Shown here piece by piece: positions 24,840-33,100 of a stretch of 37,414 bases of DNA. Under the pieces are notes generated by a model. It was given only the letters and a program-made list of their open reading frames with translations, was not told where the DNA came from and did not search any database. A program made the translations under genes and the position numbers. The number at the start of each line of letters is the position of its first letter. Positions within the stretch are counted from its first letter, which is position 1. The stretch spans positions 1 to 37,414 of IMG/VR virus record IMGVR_UViG_3300001200_000025, one strand, 5' to 3'. This stretch comes from a virus.

Positions 24840-27800
24840 ATGGCAACCATCGCATTTGCAGCCCTCGGCCAAGCTATTGGCGGCTCCATCGGCGGCACCC
24901 TTCTTGGGGTGAGCGCTGCCGCCATCGGTCAGGCCGTGGGGGCCACCATTGGCCGCTCCATTGATGGCGCGCTGATCAACGCATTGAGCGGCGGCACCCG
25001 CCGTGAAGGCCCGCGCCTTGAAAATCTGGACGTACTGACCAGCCGCGAGGGCGCAGCCCTGCCCGAGATCGCCGGGCGCATGGCCGTGGCCGGTGAGGTC
25101 ATTTGGGCCACAAAGCTGAAAGAGACATCCCGGGTTGAAACCGAAAAGGTCGGTAGCGGCAAGAAAAAGCAAAAGGTCAAAACCACCATCTATGACTACT
25201 CGGCCTCCTTTGCGGTTTCGCTCGGCGCTGGCCCAATGGCACACCTCGGGCGGATATGGCTCAATGAAAAGTTGGCCGATTTGAGCGACCTGATCGCCGA
25301 TGGCCGCGTGCGCTTTTATACCGGCTCCGAGGATCAGATGCCCGACCCGCTGATTGAGGCGGTTGAGGGTGGCGCGCCCGCCTATCGTGGCACCGCCTAC
25401 ATCGTATTTGAGGATTTGCCGCTGGCCGATTACGGCAATCAGCCGCCGCAAGTCAAATGCGAGGTGTGGGGGCAATCGGGCGAAATGGAGCAACTGGTTT
25501 CTGGCGTGTGCCTCATCCCCGGCTCAACCGAGTGGGGGTATCTGCCCCGCGTGGTCAACCGTGAGGACCGCGCCGGTGGCTCGGGTGAGGTCACCTATCA
25601 AGAGGGTGATAATGCCGCCCGCTATGCCGGTGTTTCCGATTGGGAGGTTTCCCTTGATCAGATGGACGCGCTCTTGCCGAACGCAGACACCGTGAGCCTT
25701 GTGGTGGCATGGTTTGGCACCGATCTGCGCGCCGGGCTTTGCGAGATTGAGCCGCGCGTTGAGCGCCGTGACAAGCAAACATCTGTGGCGTGGACGTCCA
25801 GCGGCCTTGATATCAACACTGCCAACCTTGTCTCAAGCGATGAGGATGGCCGCCCGTCTTTCGGCTCGGCCCCCGCCGATATTTCCGTGATTGAGGCCAT
25901 CCGTGACCTGCGCGCGCGCGGCAAGCGCGTGCTGCTTTACCCGTTCATAATGATGGACATTACCGATGATCAGGCATTGCCTGACCCCTCGGGGTCCGGT
26001 GTGCAGGGCGCATTCCCGTGGCGTGGCCGCATCACCCCCACCGATGGCGAGGGGGTCACCAGCGAGGTTTCGGCATTCATGGGCACCGCAAATCCGACCG
26101 ATTTTTCGGTGACCGATGATGTGGTGACCTATAGCGGCCCGAATGAGTTTCGTTTCAAGCGCTTTATCCTGCACCTTGCCCATCTGGCGCAGGCTGCCGG
26201 TGGCGTCGACGGCTTTCTGATCGGGTCTGAAATGCGCGGCTTGAGCATGGTGCCCGATGCGCCCGGCACATATCCCTTTGTGCAGGCCCTCAAGGGCCTT
26301 GCCGCCGATGTGCGCACGGTGCTGCCGACCGCCAAGATCAGCTATGCTGCGGATTGGTCTGAATACCATTCGCACCAAGACGGTGGCGATTTGCGGTTTC
26401 ACATGGACCCGCTTTGGGCGGATGCCAATATCGACTTTGTGGGTATTGACAACTATCTGCCGCTTTCCGATTGGCGCACCGGCCCCGATCATGCCGATTT
26501 TGACAATGAGGCTGGCCATACCTCGCCTTATTCCCTTGACTATCTCAAGGGTAACATTGAGGGCGGTGAGTATTGGGATTGGTTCTATGCGAGCGCGTCT
26601 GATCGGGATGCGCAGATCCGCACGCCCATCGCCGATATCGCTCATGGTGAGCCGTGGGTTTACCGGCAGAAAGCCATCCGCGATTGGCGCGCCAACGCGC
26701 ACCATGAGCGCATAGGTGGCACCCGCCAAGCCTCGGCCACATCGTGGGTGGCGGCCAGCAAGCCGGTTTGGTTTACCGAATTGGGTTGTCCTGCCGTTGA
26801 CTTTGGGGCCAATCAACCGAACGTCTTTTCATCGCAGGACTCCTCCGAGGGTGCCTTGCCGCATTTCTCAAGCGGCATCCGCGATGATTTTATGCAGCGC
26901 CAATTCCTGCGCGCGTCACTTGAGTGGTGGCGCGACAACGGCAGCGATGCTGTTGACGTGGACAACGTGCAAATCTGGTGTTGGGATGCCCGGCCATGGC
27001 CCGAGTTTCCGCGCCAGACCGGCATTTGGGCCGATGGCCCGGATTGGTATCTTGGCCACTGGCTGAATGGGCGGGCGGGTGCCGCACCCGCCGCCGAGGT
27101 TATCACGCGCAGGCTTTCCACCCATCACGGCCTCACCGCCGCTGATTTTGATGTGGTGGCCTGCTATGGGCAGGCCGATGGCTATCCAGCCGCCGCGCCC
27201 ATCGGTTTCAGGGATTACCTGCAACCGCTTGAGATCGGCCTTGGCCTGCAAGCGCATGAGCGTGACGGCCAGCTTGTGGTTGAAACCCGAGCCTCGGCCC
27301 TGACAGTGGCCGATACGCCCGAGGCTTACATGGTTGACGTTGAGGATGGCTCGCCTTTCGCGGCTAAGCGCTCGGCCATTGAGGACGTGACCGCCACGGC
27401 GGTGATGCGCTTCTATGACGGCCTTGGCGATTATGAGGAGGTCAGCACCCGTGCCATCATCGGCGCGGGTCAGGAGGAAGGGGTTGCCACGGCAAGCCTG
27501 CAACTCATTCTGGACTTTGACCGGGGCACCGCCGCCGCCGAGCGGCTTTTGCGCAGTGCCTCCGATGGCCGGGAAAGCCTGACCTTTCGCTTGCCGCGCT
27601 CGGCCACGCATGTGCGCCCGGGCGTTATCATTCCGGTGATGATCGGCAACACCAAAGCCCGGCCCATGATCGTGGAGCGGGTCATAGACGGTGCCGACAA
27701 GGCGGTTGAGGCGCGCTCATTCAATTACGGCGGCTTTGCGGCCACCGGTGGCGTGTTCCGGCCCGCAACGGCGCTTGGTGTGCGCGGCTCTACCGCCGTT

Positions 27801-28724
27801 CTGGCGCGGTTTCTTGATCTGCCGCCTTTGCCGGGCAGTATTGCCGATGAGTGGGATTCGCTGGTCGCGTTTCACTCTAACCCATGGCCGGGCAGCGTGG
27901 TTTTCGCGCAGTCAACCGATGGTGATACCGGCTTTGTCGATACCGGCGAGGCTCCGGTGCGCTCAAGTATCGGTGAGACGCAAACCGCCCTTGCGCCCGG
28001 CAGTCCGGCCTTATGGTCAGGGGGCGGGGTTACGGTTAAGATGTTCTCGGGCACGCTTGTGTCACGCCCCGAAATTGACGTGCTCGGCGGCCTGAATGCC
28101 ATGGCCATTGAGCACGCTGATGGGTGGGAGATCATCCAGTATCGTGATGCGCAGCTTGTGGGTCAAAACACTTGGCACCTTTCCGGCCTCTTGCGGGGTC
28201 GGTTGGGCACGGATGCGGTGATCGGTGCCGCCGATCTGCCGCCCGGGGCAAGCGCTGTGGTGCTCAACACCGCCCTGCAACCCGTGGGGCTTGAGGAGGC
28301 CGAGGTTGGCTTGCCGTTCTTCTATCGCTTCGGCGGCACATCAAGTGACGTGAGCACCCATTCGGTGCGCGCGCACACCGGCAACGCGGTTGGCAGGCGG
28401 CCTTATGCGCCGTGCCATCTACGCACAACCCAAGCCGGGGGCGATGTGAGCCTGACATGGGTGCGCCGCACGCGCACCGATGGCGAGGCCGATTGGCGCG
28501 ATGGCATTGAGGACGTGCCCTTGGGCGAGGCGAGCGAGCGCTATGCCGTTGAGGTTGTGCAGGGCGGCACCGTTGAGCGTGAGGTTGAGGTGACAAGCCC
28601 GGCCTTCACCTACACCGCCGCCATGGCCTCGGCGGATGGGGTTTCGGCCCCCTACACGTTGCGGGTGGCGCAGGTTTCGCAAACCTACGGCCCCGGTGCG
28701 TGGTCAACACTTCAAATCAGCTAG
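24840..28724 (+). CDS. Large baseplate/host-specificity protein, RcGTA g15-like (megatron)
   Basis: 1294 aa, with the Gly/Ala-rich hydrophobic N-terminus MATIAFAALGQAIGGSIGGTLLG. A central TIM-barrel-like region follows, and the gene sits after the g12-g14 homologues. Confidence 0.9.
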   Translation: MATIAFAALGQAIGGSIGGTLLGVSAAAIGQAVGATIGRSIDGALINALSGGTRREGPRLENLDVLTSREGAALPEIAGRMAVAGEVIWATKLKETSRVETEKVGSGKKKQKVKTTIYDYSASFAVSLGAGPMAHLGRIWLNEKLADLSDLIADGRVRFYTGSEDQMPDPLIEAVEGGAPAYRGTAYIVFEDLPLADYGNQPPQVKCEVWGQSGEMEQLVSGVCLIPGSTEWGYLPRVVNREDRAGGSGEVTYQEGDNAARYAGVSDWEVSLDQMDALLPNADTVSLVVAWFGTDLRAGLCEIEPRVERRDKQTSVAWTSSGLDINTANLVSSDEDGRPSFGSAPADISVIEAIRDLRARGKRVLLYPFIMMDITDDQALPDPSGSGVQGAFPWRGRITPTDGEGVTSEVSAFMGTANPTDFSVTDDVVTYSGPNEFRFKRFILHLAHLAQAAGGVDGFLIGSEMRGLSMVPDAPGTYPFVQALKGLAADVRTVLPTAKISYAADWSEYHSHQDGGDLRFHMDPLWADANIDFVGIDNYLPLSDWRTGPDHADFDNEAGHTSPYSLDYLKGNIEGGEYWDWFYASASDRDAQIRTPIADIAHGEPWVYRQKAIRDWRANAHHERIGGTRQASATSWVAASKPVWFTELGCPAVDFGANQPNVFSSQDSSEGALPHFSSGIRDDFMQRQFLRASLEWWRDNGSDAVDVDNVQIWCWDARPWPEFPRQTGIWADGPDWYLGHWLNGRAGAAPAAEVITRRLSTHHGLTAADFDVVACYGQADGYPAAAPIGFRDYLQPLEIGLGLQAHERDGQLVVETRASALTVADTPEAYMVDVEDGSPFAAKRSAIEDVTATAVMRFYDGLGDYEEVSTRAIIGAGQEEGVATASLQLILDFDRGTAAAERLLRSASDGRESLTFRLPRSATHVRPGVIIPVMIGNTKARPMIVERVIDGADKAVEARSFNYGGFAATGGVFRPATALGVRGSTAVLARFLDLPPLPGSIADEWDSLVAFHSNPWPGSVVFAQSTDGDTGFVDTGEAPVRSSIGETQTALAPGSPALWSGGGVTVKMFSGTLVSRPEIDVLGGLNAMAIEHADGWEIIQYRDAQLVGQNTWHLSGLLRGRLGTDAVIGAADLPPGASAVVLNTALQPVGLEEAEVGLPFFYRFGGTSSDVSTHSVRAHTGNAVGRRPYAPCHLRTTQAGGDVSLTWVRRTRTDGEADWRDGIEDVPLGEASERYAVEVVQGGTVEREVEVTSPAFTYTAAMASADGVSAPYTLRVAQVSQTYGPGAWSTLQIS

Positions 28725-28732
28725 GAGCGCCC

Positions 28733-29140
28733 ATGAGCAACGCAGTAATCGCGGCAGCCCAATCGCGGCTCGCCGCCGCCTTCCCAACGTGGCGCGACTC
28801 TACCGGTGACCCCCACCCAACGCCCGAGAAAAAGCTGCCCGCCTTTCGGGTGGCCGTCACCTACACCTCATCCGAAAGGGTGGGCATGGGTGATGAGCGG
28901 CATTGGCGTGAGGGTCAGCTTGAGGTCACGATTGAAACCGAGGCCGACAAAGACGAAACCGCCGCCGCCGATATTCACGCGGTGGCGGGCTTGATCAGCG
29001 CCGCCATCACGGCGACCCCTGCCGATCTGGACGGCACCTGTTGGGAGATCAACCCCGATGGATTTGAGGCCGACCACGATGGCGGAAAGGACCGGGTTAG
29101 CCGGGGCGATATGATTTTCGCCATTCAAACCCTTGAGTAG
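28733..29140 (+). CDS. DUF3168-like protein (possible tail terminator / tail component)
   Basis: ATG 28733 follows AGGAG. 135 aa. The pattern KLPAFRVAVTY...QLEVTIE...IHAVAGLISAAI resembles DUF3168 proteins, by eye only. Confidence 0.45.
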   Translation: MSNAVIAAAQSRLAAAFPTWRDSTGDPHPTPEKKLPAFRVAVTYTSSERVGMGDERHWREGQLEVTIETEADKDETAAADIHAVAGLISAAITATPADLDGTCWEINPDGFEADHDGGKDRVSRGDMIFAIQTLE

Positions 29141-29179
29141 CGCGGCAGACCGCGCGCCCCGCTACCAAAATCGACACCA

Positions 29180-29211
29180 AGGCCCGGGCACAACACCCGG
29201 GCCTCTTTTTA
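29180..29211 (+). terminator. Rho-independent terminator ending the structural operon
   Basis: A 9-bp stem (aggcccggg / cccgggcct) with a 7-nt loop, followed by ctttttat. Confidence 0.7.
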
Positions 29212-29285
29212 TCGGAGATCGCAAATGCAATTGCGCACCTACACCCCGCGCCGATGCGCCCGAGCGCCGCGCGGGGTTTCGCCCT

Positions 29286-29585
29286 ATGACCAGTAATGGC
29301 GCATCTGCCGTTGCGGGCGCGCTCGGCCTCACTTCGCCCTTTTGGCTCACATTGCTGGACCCCGCCTACAAGGCGGTGGTGGCTGCCATGGGTTTCATTT
29401 TGCTGGTGCTGACCATTCGCAACAAATGGCTGGACTTGAAAATCAAGGCCGCAACGCTGCGCGAGATCGCGGCGAATGTTGAGGAGATCAAGGAAACCCT
29501 TGAGGCCGACCCGCCCGCCGATGTGGCGGCAAACATTCAAGAGATCAAGGAGGCCGTAGCCGATGGCAAAACCCAAGACAAATAA
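29286..29585 (+). CDS. Single-pass membrane protein with coiled-coil tail (holin candidate)
   Basis: The TM segment is AVVAAMGFILLVLTI. The tail has the internal repeat ANVEEIKETL / ANIQEIKEAV. It overlaps the next gene by 23 nt. Confidence 0.5.
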   Translation: MTSNGASAVAGALGLTSPFWLTLLDPAYKAVVAAMGFILLVLTIRNKWLDLKIKAATLREIAANVEEIKETLEADPPADVAANIQEIKEAVADGKTQDK

Positions 29586-31167
29586 GAACCGCACGGCCCC
29601 CATCACCCCCGCCGAGGCAAGCGAGGCTGTGTTGGCCTATGATGCGCATGGCTCCACCCGCAAGGCCGCCGCTGGCCTTGGCATCACCCGCTCGGCCCTG
29701 ATGCGCCGTCTACGCAAGGCTGACGGGTGGGGCATCACGCCCCATGGTGAGATTGTGGCCAGCCAAGCCCACGCCCTTGCGGTGCCCGAAAAGGGCGTGG
29801 CCCGCTACATCCTCACCGCCGCCCAAAGCAACACCAACATCCACCCCGAGTTGTGGGAAAACATCAAGGCGCTCGCCAACCACTACGGTGCCGAGATCAT
29901 GGTGGGGCGCATCCGGTACAACCACACCGCGCAGCAAATTGGCCAAGAGGCCACGGGCAAAGGTGACGTTGATAATAGCCTTTGGTATGACGCGGCGCTT
30001 GAGCCGTATTTCTGCCAAGATCGGGTTGAGATCGCGCCGGGGCTTTTGTGGGTGGGTGATATGAATATCATCCCCACGGCCACAAGCCCGCTTTCCGGCC
30101 TTGATAGTTTTGCCGGTGCCACAAGCTGCATTTTTGCGCACCCGCAAATCGCGCAAAAATCAGTAGCCACCGCGCCCGACATTGATGCCAAGATGCTCTA
30201 CACCACCGGCGCGGTCACGCTCAAGCGATACATCAAGCGCAAGGCCGGTCAAAAGGCCGAGTTTCACCACGCCTATGCCGCCCTGATCGCCGAGGTTGAC
30301 GCGGCTGGCGATTGGTTTGTGCGCCAACTGAATGCCGACACCCTCGGCACCATCCATGACCTTGATTTGCGCGTGTCTGGAGGCGTGGTTGGCCCCGGTG
30401 CCGTTGAGGTGCTGACCCCGGGCGATATTCACGGCACCGAAATTGACCCGGTGGCACATCAAACGGTTTGGGGTGAGGGCGGCATGGTTGACGTGCTCAA
30501 GCCGCAAGTGCAGGTGCTGCATGATGTGCTCAATTTTGGGCGGCGCTCGCATCACAACAGTGTTTTTGACCTGATTGCGGCCCACTACAACCGCGCGGAA
30601 TCGGTTGAGGGTGAGGTTGAGGCCACGGCGGCCATCTTGGGCACCTTGCTGCGCCCGGGCACGAAAACCTATGTGGTCAAGGCCAACCATGATGAGCACT
30701 TTGACCGATGGGTGACCGAGGCCGATTTTCGCCGCGACCCGGTAAATGCCTCATTCTACCTTGAGGCCGCTGGCCAAAAGGTGGCCGCACTCAAGCGCCA
30801 TGATGCTGACTTTGATCTGGTGGAGTGGGCGCTGAAAAAGGCCGGGCTTGCCGATGATGTGGCCTTTCTGGCGCGTGATGAGCGGCTTGAGATCGCTGGC
30901 ATCCGGCATGATCAGCATGGCGATTTGGGTCCGAATGGCGCACGCGGCTCGGCGGCCAATATCAGCCGCACCGGTGAGAAAACCAACATCGGGCACAGTC
31001 ACTCGGCAGGTATCGTGCATGGCTGTTACCAGATGGGCACCATGAGCGTGCTGCGCATGGGTTACACGCGCGGCCCGTCAAGCTGGTCGCACACCCTGAC
31101 CCTCACCTATGGCAACCGCAAGCGCGCCAACATCACCCTGAAAAACGGAAAATGGAGGGCGCAATGA
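29563..31167 (+). CDS. HTH-containing calcineurin-like metallophosphoesterase (534 aa)
   Basis: The N-terminal HTH is GSTRKAAAGLGITRSALMRRLRKA. The C-terminal half carries all MPP motifs in order: GDIHG, HDVLNFG, KANHDEHF, DQHGD and IGHSHSAG. The ~270-aa region between them is of unknown fold. Confidence 0.75.
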   Translation: MAKPKTNKNRTAPITPAEASEAVLAYDAHGSTRKAAAGLGITRSALMRRLRKADGWGITPHGEIVASQAHALAVPEKGVARYILTAAQSNTNIHPELWENIKALANHYGAEIMVGRIRYNHTAQQIGQEATGKGDVDNSLWYDAALEPYFCQDRVEIAPGLLWVGDMNIIPTATSPLSGLDSFAGATSCIFAHPQIAQKSVATAPDIDAKMLYTTGAVTLKRYIKRKAGQKAEFHHAYAALIAEVDAAGDWFVRQLNADTLGTIHDLDLRVSGGVVGPGAVEVLTPGDIHGTEIDPVAHQTVWGEGGMVDVLKPQVQVLHDVLNFGRRSHHNSVFDLIAAHYNRAESVEGEVEATAAILGTLLRPGTKTYVVKANHDEHFDRWVTEADFRRDPVNASFYLEAAGQKVAALKRHDADFDLVEWALKKAGLADDVAFLARDERLEIAGIRHDQHGDLGPNGARGSAANISRTGEKTNIGHSHSAGIVHGCYQMGTMSVLRMGYTRGPSSWSHTLTLTYGNRKRANITLKNGKWRAQ

Positions 31168-31736
31168 CCACATGCGGCTATTTGGACACTCGTGATTTTG
31201 AATGCACAGAAAATTGTGATTGCCGACCCGGTGATTGTGCGAAAAAACGCCCGGCCAGTACCCTCGGCAAACTGACCGCCGAGGAGCAAGAAAATTGGGG
31301 CAATCCCGATTACAAGCCGGGTGATCTGCCGCCACCCCACCCCAATGACCCCAAGCAAGGCGAGGGTGAGAAAAAGATACCCTTTCACGCGCTGCCCTTT
31401 GCCGTTCTGGCCGAGGATGCTGTGGCACATGGTGAGGGTGCCCTGAAATACGGGCGGCACAACTGGCGCGAGGGCGAGGTGCTGGCGTCGACCTACTTTG
31501 CCGCCGCCCTGCGCCATCTTTTCGCGTGGTTTGAGGGTGAGAATGTGGACCCCGATAGCGGCCTTTCGCACCTCACCAAAGCCCGCGCCTCGCTTGGCGT
31601 TCTGCGCGATGCGCAGATCCAAGGCACTGCCATTGATGATCGGCCTCGGCCAAGCCCCGAGGGGCTGATGGCCGATCTTAACCAAGCCTCGGGCGACATG
31701 GCCCGGCGCGTTCAATCTGCAAAGAAAGGCAAATGA
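31164..31736 (+). CDS. DUF5664-like all-alpha NTP pyrophosphohydrolase (dATP/dGTP diphosphohydrolase-type) with Cys-rich N-terminus
   Basis: IPFHALPFAVLAEDAVAHGEGALKYGRHNWREG...AAALRHLFAWFEGENVDPDSGLSHLTKA matches the remembered KYG..NW / RH / E..D.dSGL.HL signature. ATG 31164 overlaps the upstream stop (ATGA), and an alternative ATG is at 31152. Confidence 0.6.
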   Translation: MTTCGYLDTRDFECTENCDCRPGDCAKKRPASTLGKLTAEEQENWGNPDYKPGDLPPPHPNDPKQGEGEKKIPFHALPFAVLAEDAVAHGEGALKYGRHNWREGEVLASTYFAAALRHLFAWFEGENVDPDSGLSHLTKARASLGVLRDAQIQGTAIDDRPRPSPEGLMADLNQASGDMARRVQSAKKGK

Positions 31737-32386
31737 TGCTCACATATGATCACTGGACAAAGGTGCCCGCCGATATCTGGCGTTGGCCCAATTTCTCACC
31801 CGAGGAAATCGCCTGCCGGGGCACCGGTAAGGTTGGCATCAACCCCGATGCCATGGACAAGCTGCAAGCCCTGCGCACCGCGCTTGGTGTGCCGCTCATG
31901 CTCAATTCCGCCTATCGCTCGCCCGAGCATAACCGCAACGTGGGCGGGGCACGCAACTCATTCCACATGAGGGCCATGGCCTTTGATGTGTCGATGGCCA
32001 ACCACGACCCGGCCAAATTCGAGGCCGCCGCGCTTGCCGTGGGCTTCACCGGTTTCGGGTTCTATCAGCGCAGCAATTTCATGCACATCGACACCGGTCC
32101 TGATCGCTATTGGGGCGAGCGATGGAGGGCACCCAAGGCCACGCCAATTCGCCCCGTCACTCGCTTCTCACCGCCGCCCCCGGTCAAACCCGAAACGCTG
32201 GCCGAGGACAAGGCCGCCAAGGGCGTTGCCATCGGCGCAGGCGGTGCCATCACGGTGCTCGGCACGCTCACCTCGGCCATCGGCAACCTCGGCCCCACGG
32301 CGCAGATTGTGGCGCTGGTGGGTGGTTTGGCGTTGCTCGGCGGCCTCGGCTACCTCATCCGCGACAAGGTGCGCGAATGGTTCTGA
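31733..32386 (+). CDS. Peptidase M15A-type endolysin with C-terminal hydrophobic anchor
   Basis: NFSPEEIACRG...LNSAYRSPEHNRNVGGARNSFHMRAMAFD...FMHID is the zinc D-Ala-D-Ala carboxypeptidase-type motif set. The last ~60 aa form a Gly/Ala-rich TM-like region. Confidence 0.85.
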   Translation: MMLTYDHWTKVPADIWRWPNFSPEEIACRGTGKVGINPDAMDKLQALRTALGVPLMLNSAYRSPEHNRNVGGARNSFHMRAMAFDVSMANHDPAKFEAAALAVGFTGFGFYQRSNFMHIDTGPDRYWGERWRAPKATPIRPVTRFSPPPPVKPETLAEDKAAKGVAIGAGGAITVLGTLTSAIGNLGPTAQIVALVGGLALLGGLGYLIRDKVREWF

Positions 32387-32628
32387 TCGCGCGCATCATT
32401 GCGGCCACGCCGCGCCCCGTCTGGTGGGCGCTGGCCGTGGTGGCGGTGCTTGGCGCAACCTACGCCATTGGCGCGCGGGATAATGCCCGCGCGCACAAGG
32501 CGCAAGATCGTGAGGAATACCATGACACGCTTGAAAGGATTGACGGCACGCTTGGCCATTCTGGTGGCGCTGATGCTGCCCGTGGCCGCTTGCACGACAC
32601 CCTCGGGCCATGGCCGGGCAATTTGTGA
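32377..32628 (+). CDS. i-spanin candidate (N-terminal TM, type II membrane protein)
   Basis: ATG 32377 lies just before the endolysin stop. The TM is VWWALAVVAVLGATYAI, followed by a charged periplasmic segment. Confidence 0.55.
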   Translation: MVLIARIIAATPRPVWWALAVVAVLGATYAIGARDNARAHKAQDREEYHDTLERIDGTLGHSGGADAARGRLHDTLGPWPGNL

Positions 32629-32746
32629 GCGGCTTTCGCCCCGCGCCGCCGAGCACGGGCGCAGCCTGCTAAATCCGGCCACCCCCGATGAGGTGGTGCT
32701 GACCGGCGAGCCTCTGGTGCTTGGCTTGCTGGCCGCCTGCCGCTAA
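32522..32746 (+). CDS. o-spanin candidate (lipoprotein), overlapping the i-spanin gene 3' end in another frame
   Basis: ATG 32522 follows GTGAGGAA. The signal peptide ends in the lipobox LPVAA|C (MTRLKGLTARLAILVALMLPVAAC). Confidence 0.65.
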   Translation: MTRLKGLTARLAILVALMLPVAACTTPSGHGRAICERLSPRAAEHGRSLLNPATPDEVVLTGEPLVLGLLAACR

Positions 32747-32750
32747 GATC

Positions 32751-32782
32751 AAACCGCCCGCCACCCCGGCGGGCGGTTTTTG
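32751..32782 (+). terminator. Rho-independent terminator ending the lysis cassette
   Basis: A 12-bp stem (aaaccgcccgcc / ggcgggcggttt) with a 5-nt loop and a T-run. Confidence 0.75.
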
Positions 32783-32825
32783 CCGTCCATGGCTTATTGA
32801 TTCGCCCGCAAGGCCAGATGCGCAT

Positions 32826-32846
32826 CCCGCAACAAATCCCGCAACA
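32826..32846 (+). repeat. CCCGCAACA direct repeats, cluster A (2 copies, 12-bp phase; degenerate copy at 32805)
   Basis: cccgcaaca occurs at 32826-32834 and 32838-32846. Confidence 0.9.
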
Positions 32847-32951
32847 TTTTAGACGGCACATTCAAAAAGTAACGCCTAACATATTGTTTTAATGTGATTT
32901 ATGGTGGTGGGGAATTTTAGTTAGACACCTACCGTCGGAGCCATAATTTCA

Positions 32952-32990
32952 AAAGCCCAATGCCTAGTGCGTTGGGCTTTTTGCTTTTTA
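32952..32990 (+). terminator. Terminator-like hairpin in the AT-rich att-like region
   Basis: aaagcccaa / ttgggcttt forms a stem with an inner extension, followed by ttgcttttt. It may instead belong to an att core or a small RNA. Confidence 0.35.
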
Positions 32991-33054
32991 TCTCAATAAA
33001 ATCAATGCCTTGCAAATTGTGTAGCATTTTCCAGCTTGTCATTGGGTCCAAAAT

Positions 33055-33087
33055 CCCGCAACAATTCCCGCAACAAAACCCGCAACA
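33055..33087 (+). repeat. CCCGCAACA direct repeats, cluster B (3 copies, 12-bp phase)
   Basis: cccgcaaca occurs at 33055, 33067 and 33079, ending 13 nt before the ATG at 33101. Confidence 0.9.
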
Positions 33088-33100
33088 TTGGAGCGCCGAT

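Noticed and set aside
32900-32925. The minus-strand sequence aaaattccccaccacca resembles a tRNA/tmRNA 3' end (T-stem plus ACCA), as expected for an attP core from a tRNA-targeting integrase
   Set aside because: No complementary T-stem or acceptor strand is present, and the register of acceptor, discriminator and CCA does not fit a tRNA. It cannot be verified without the host attB.
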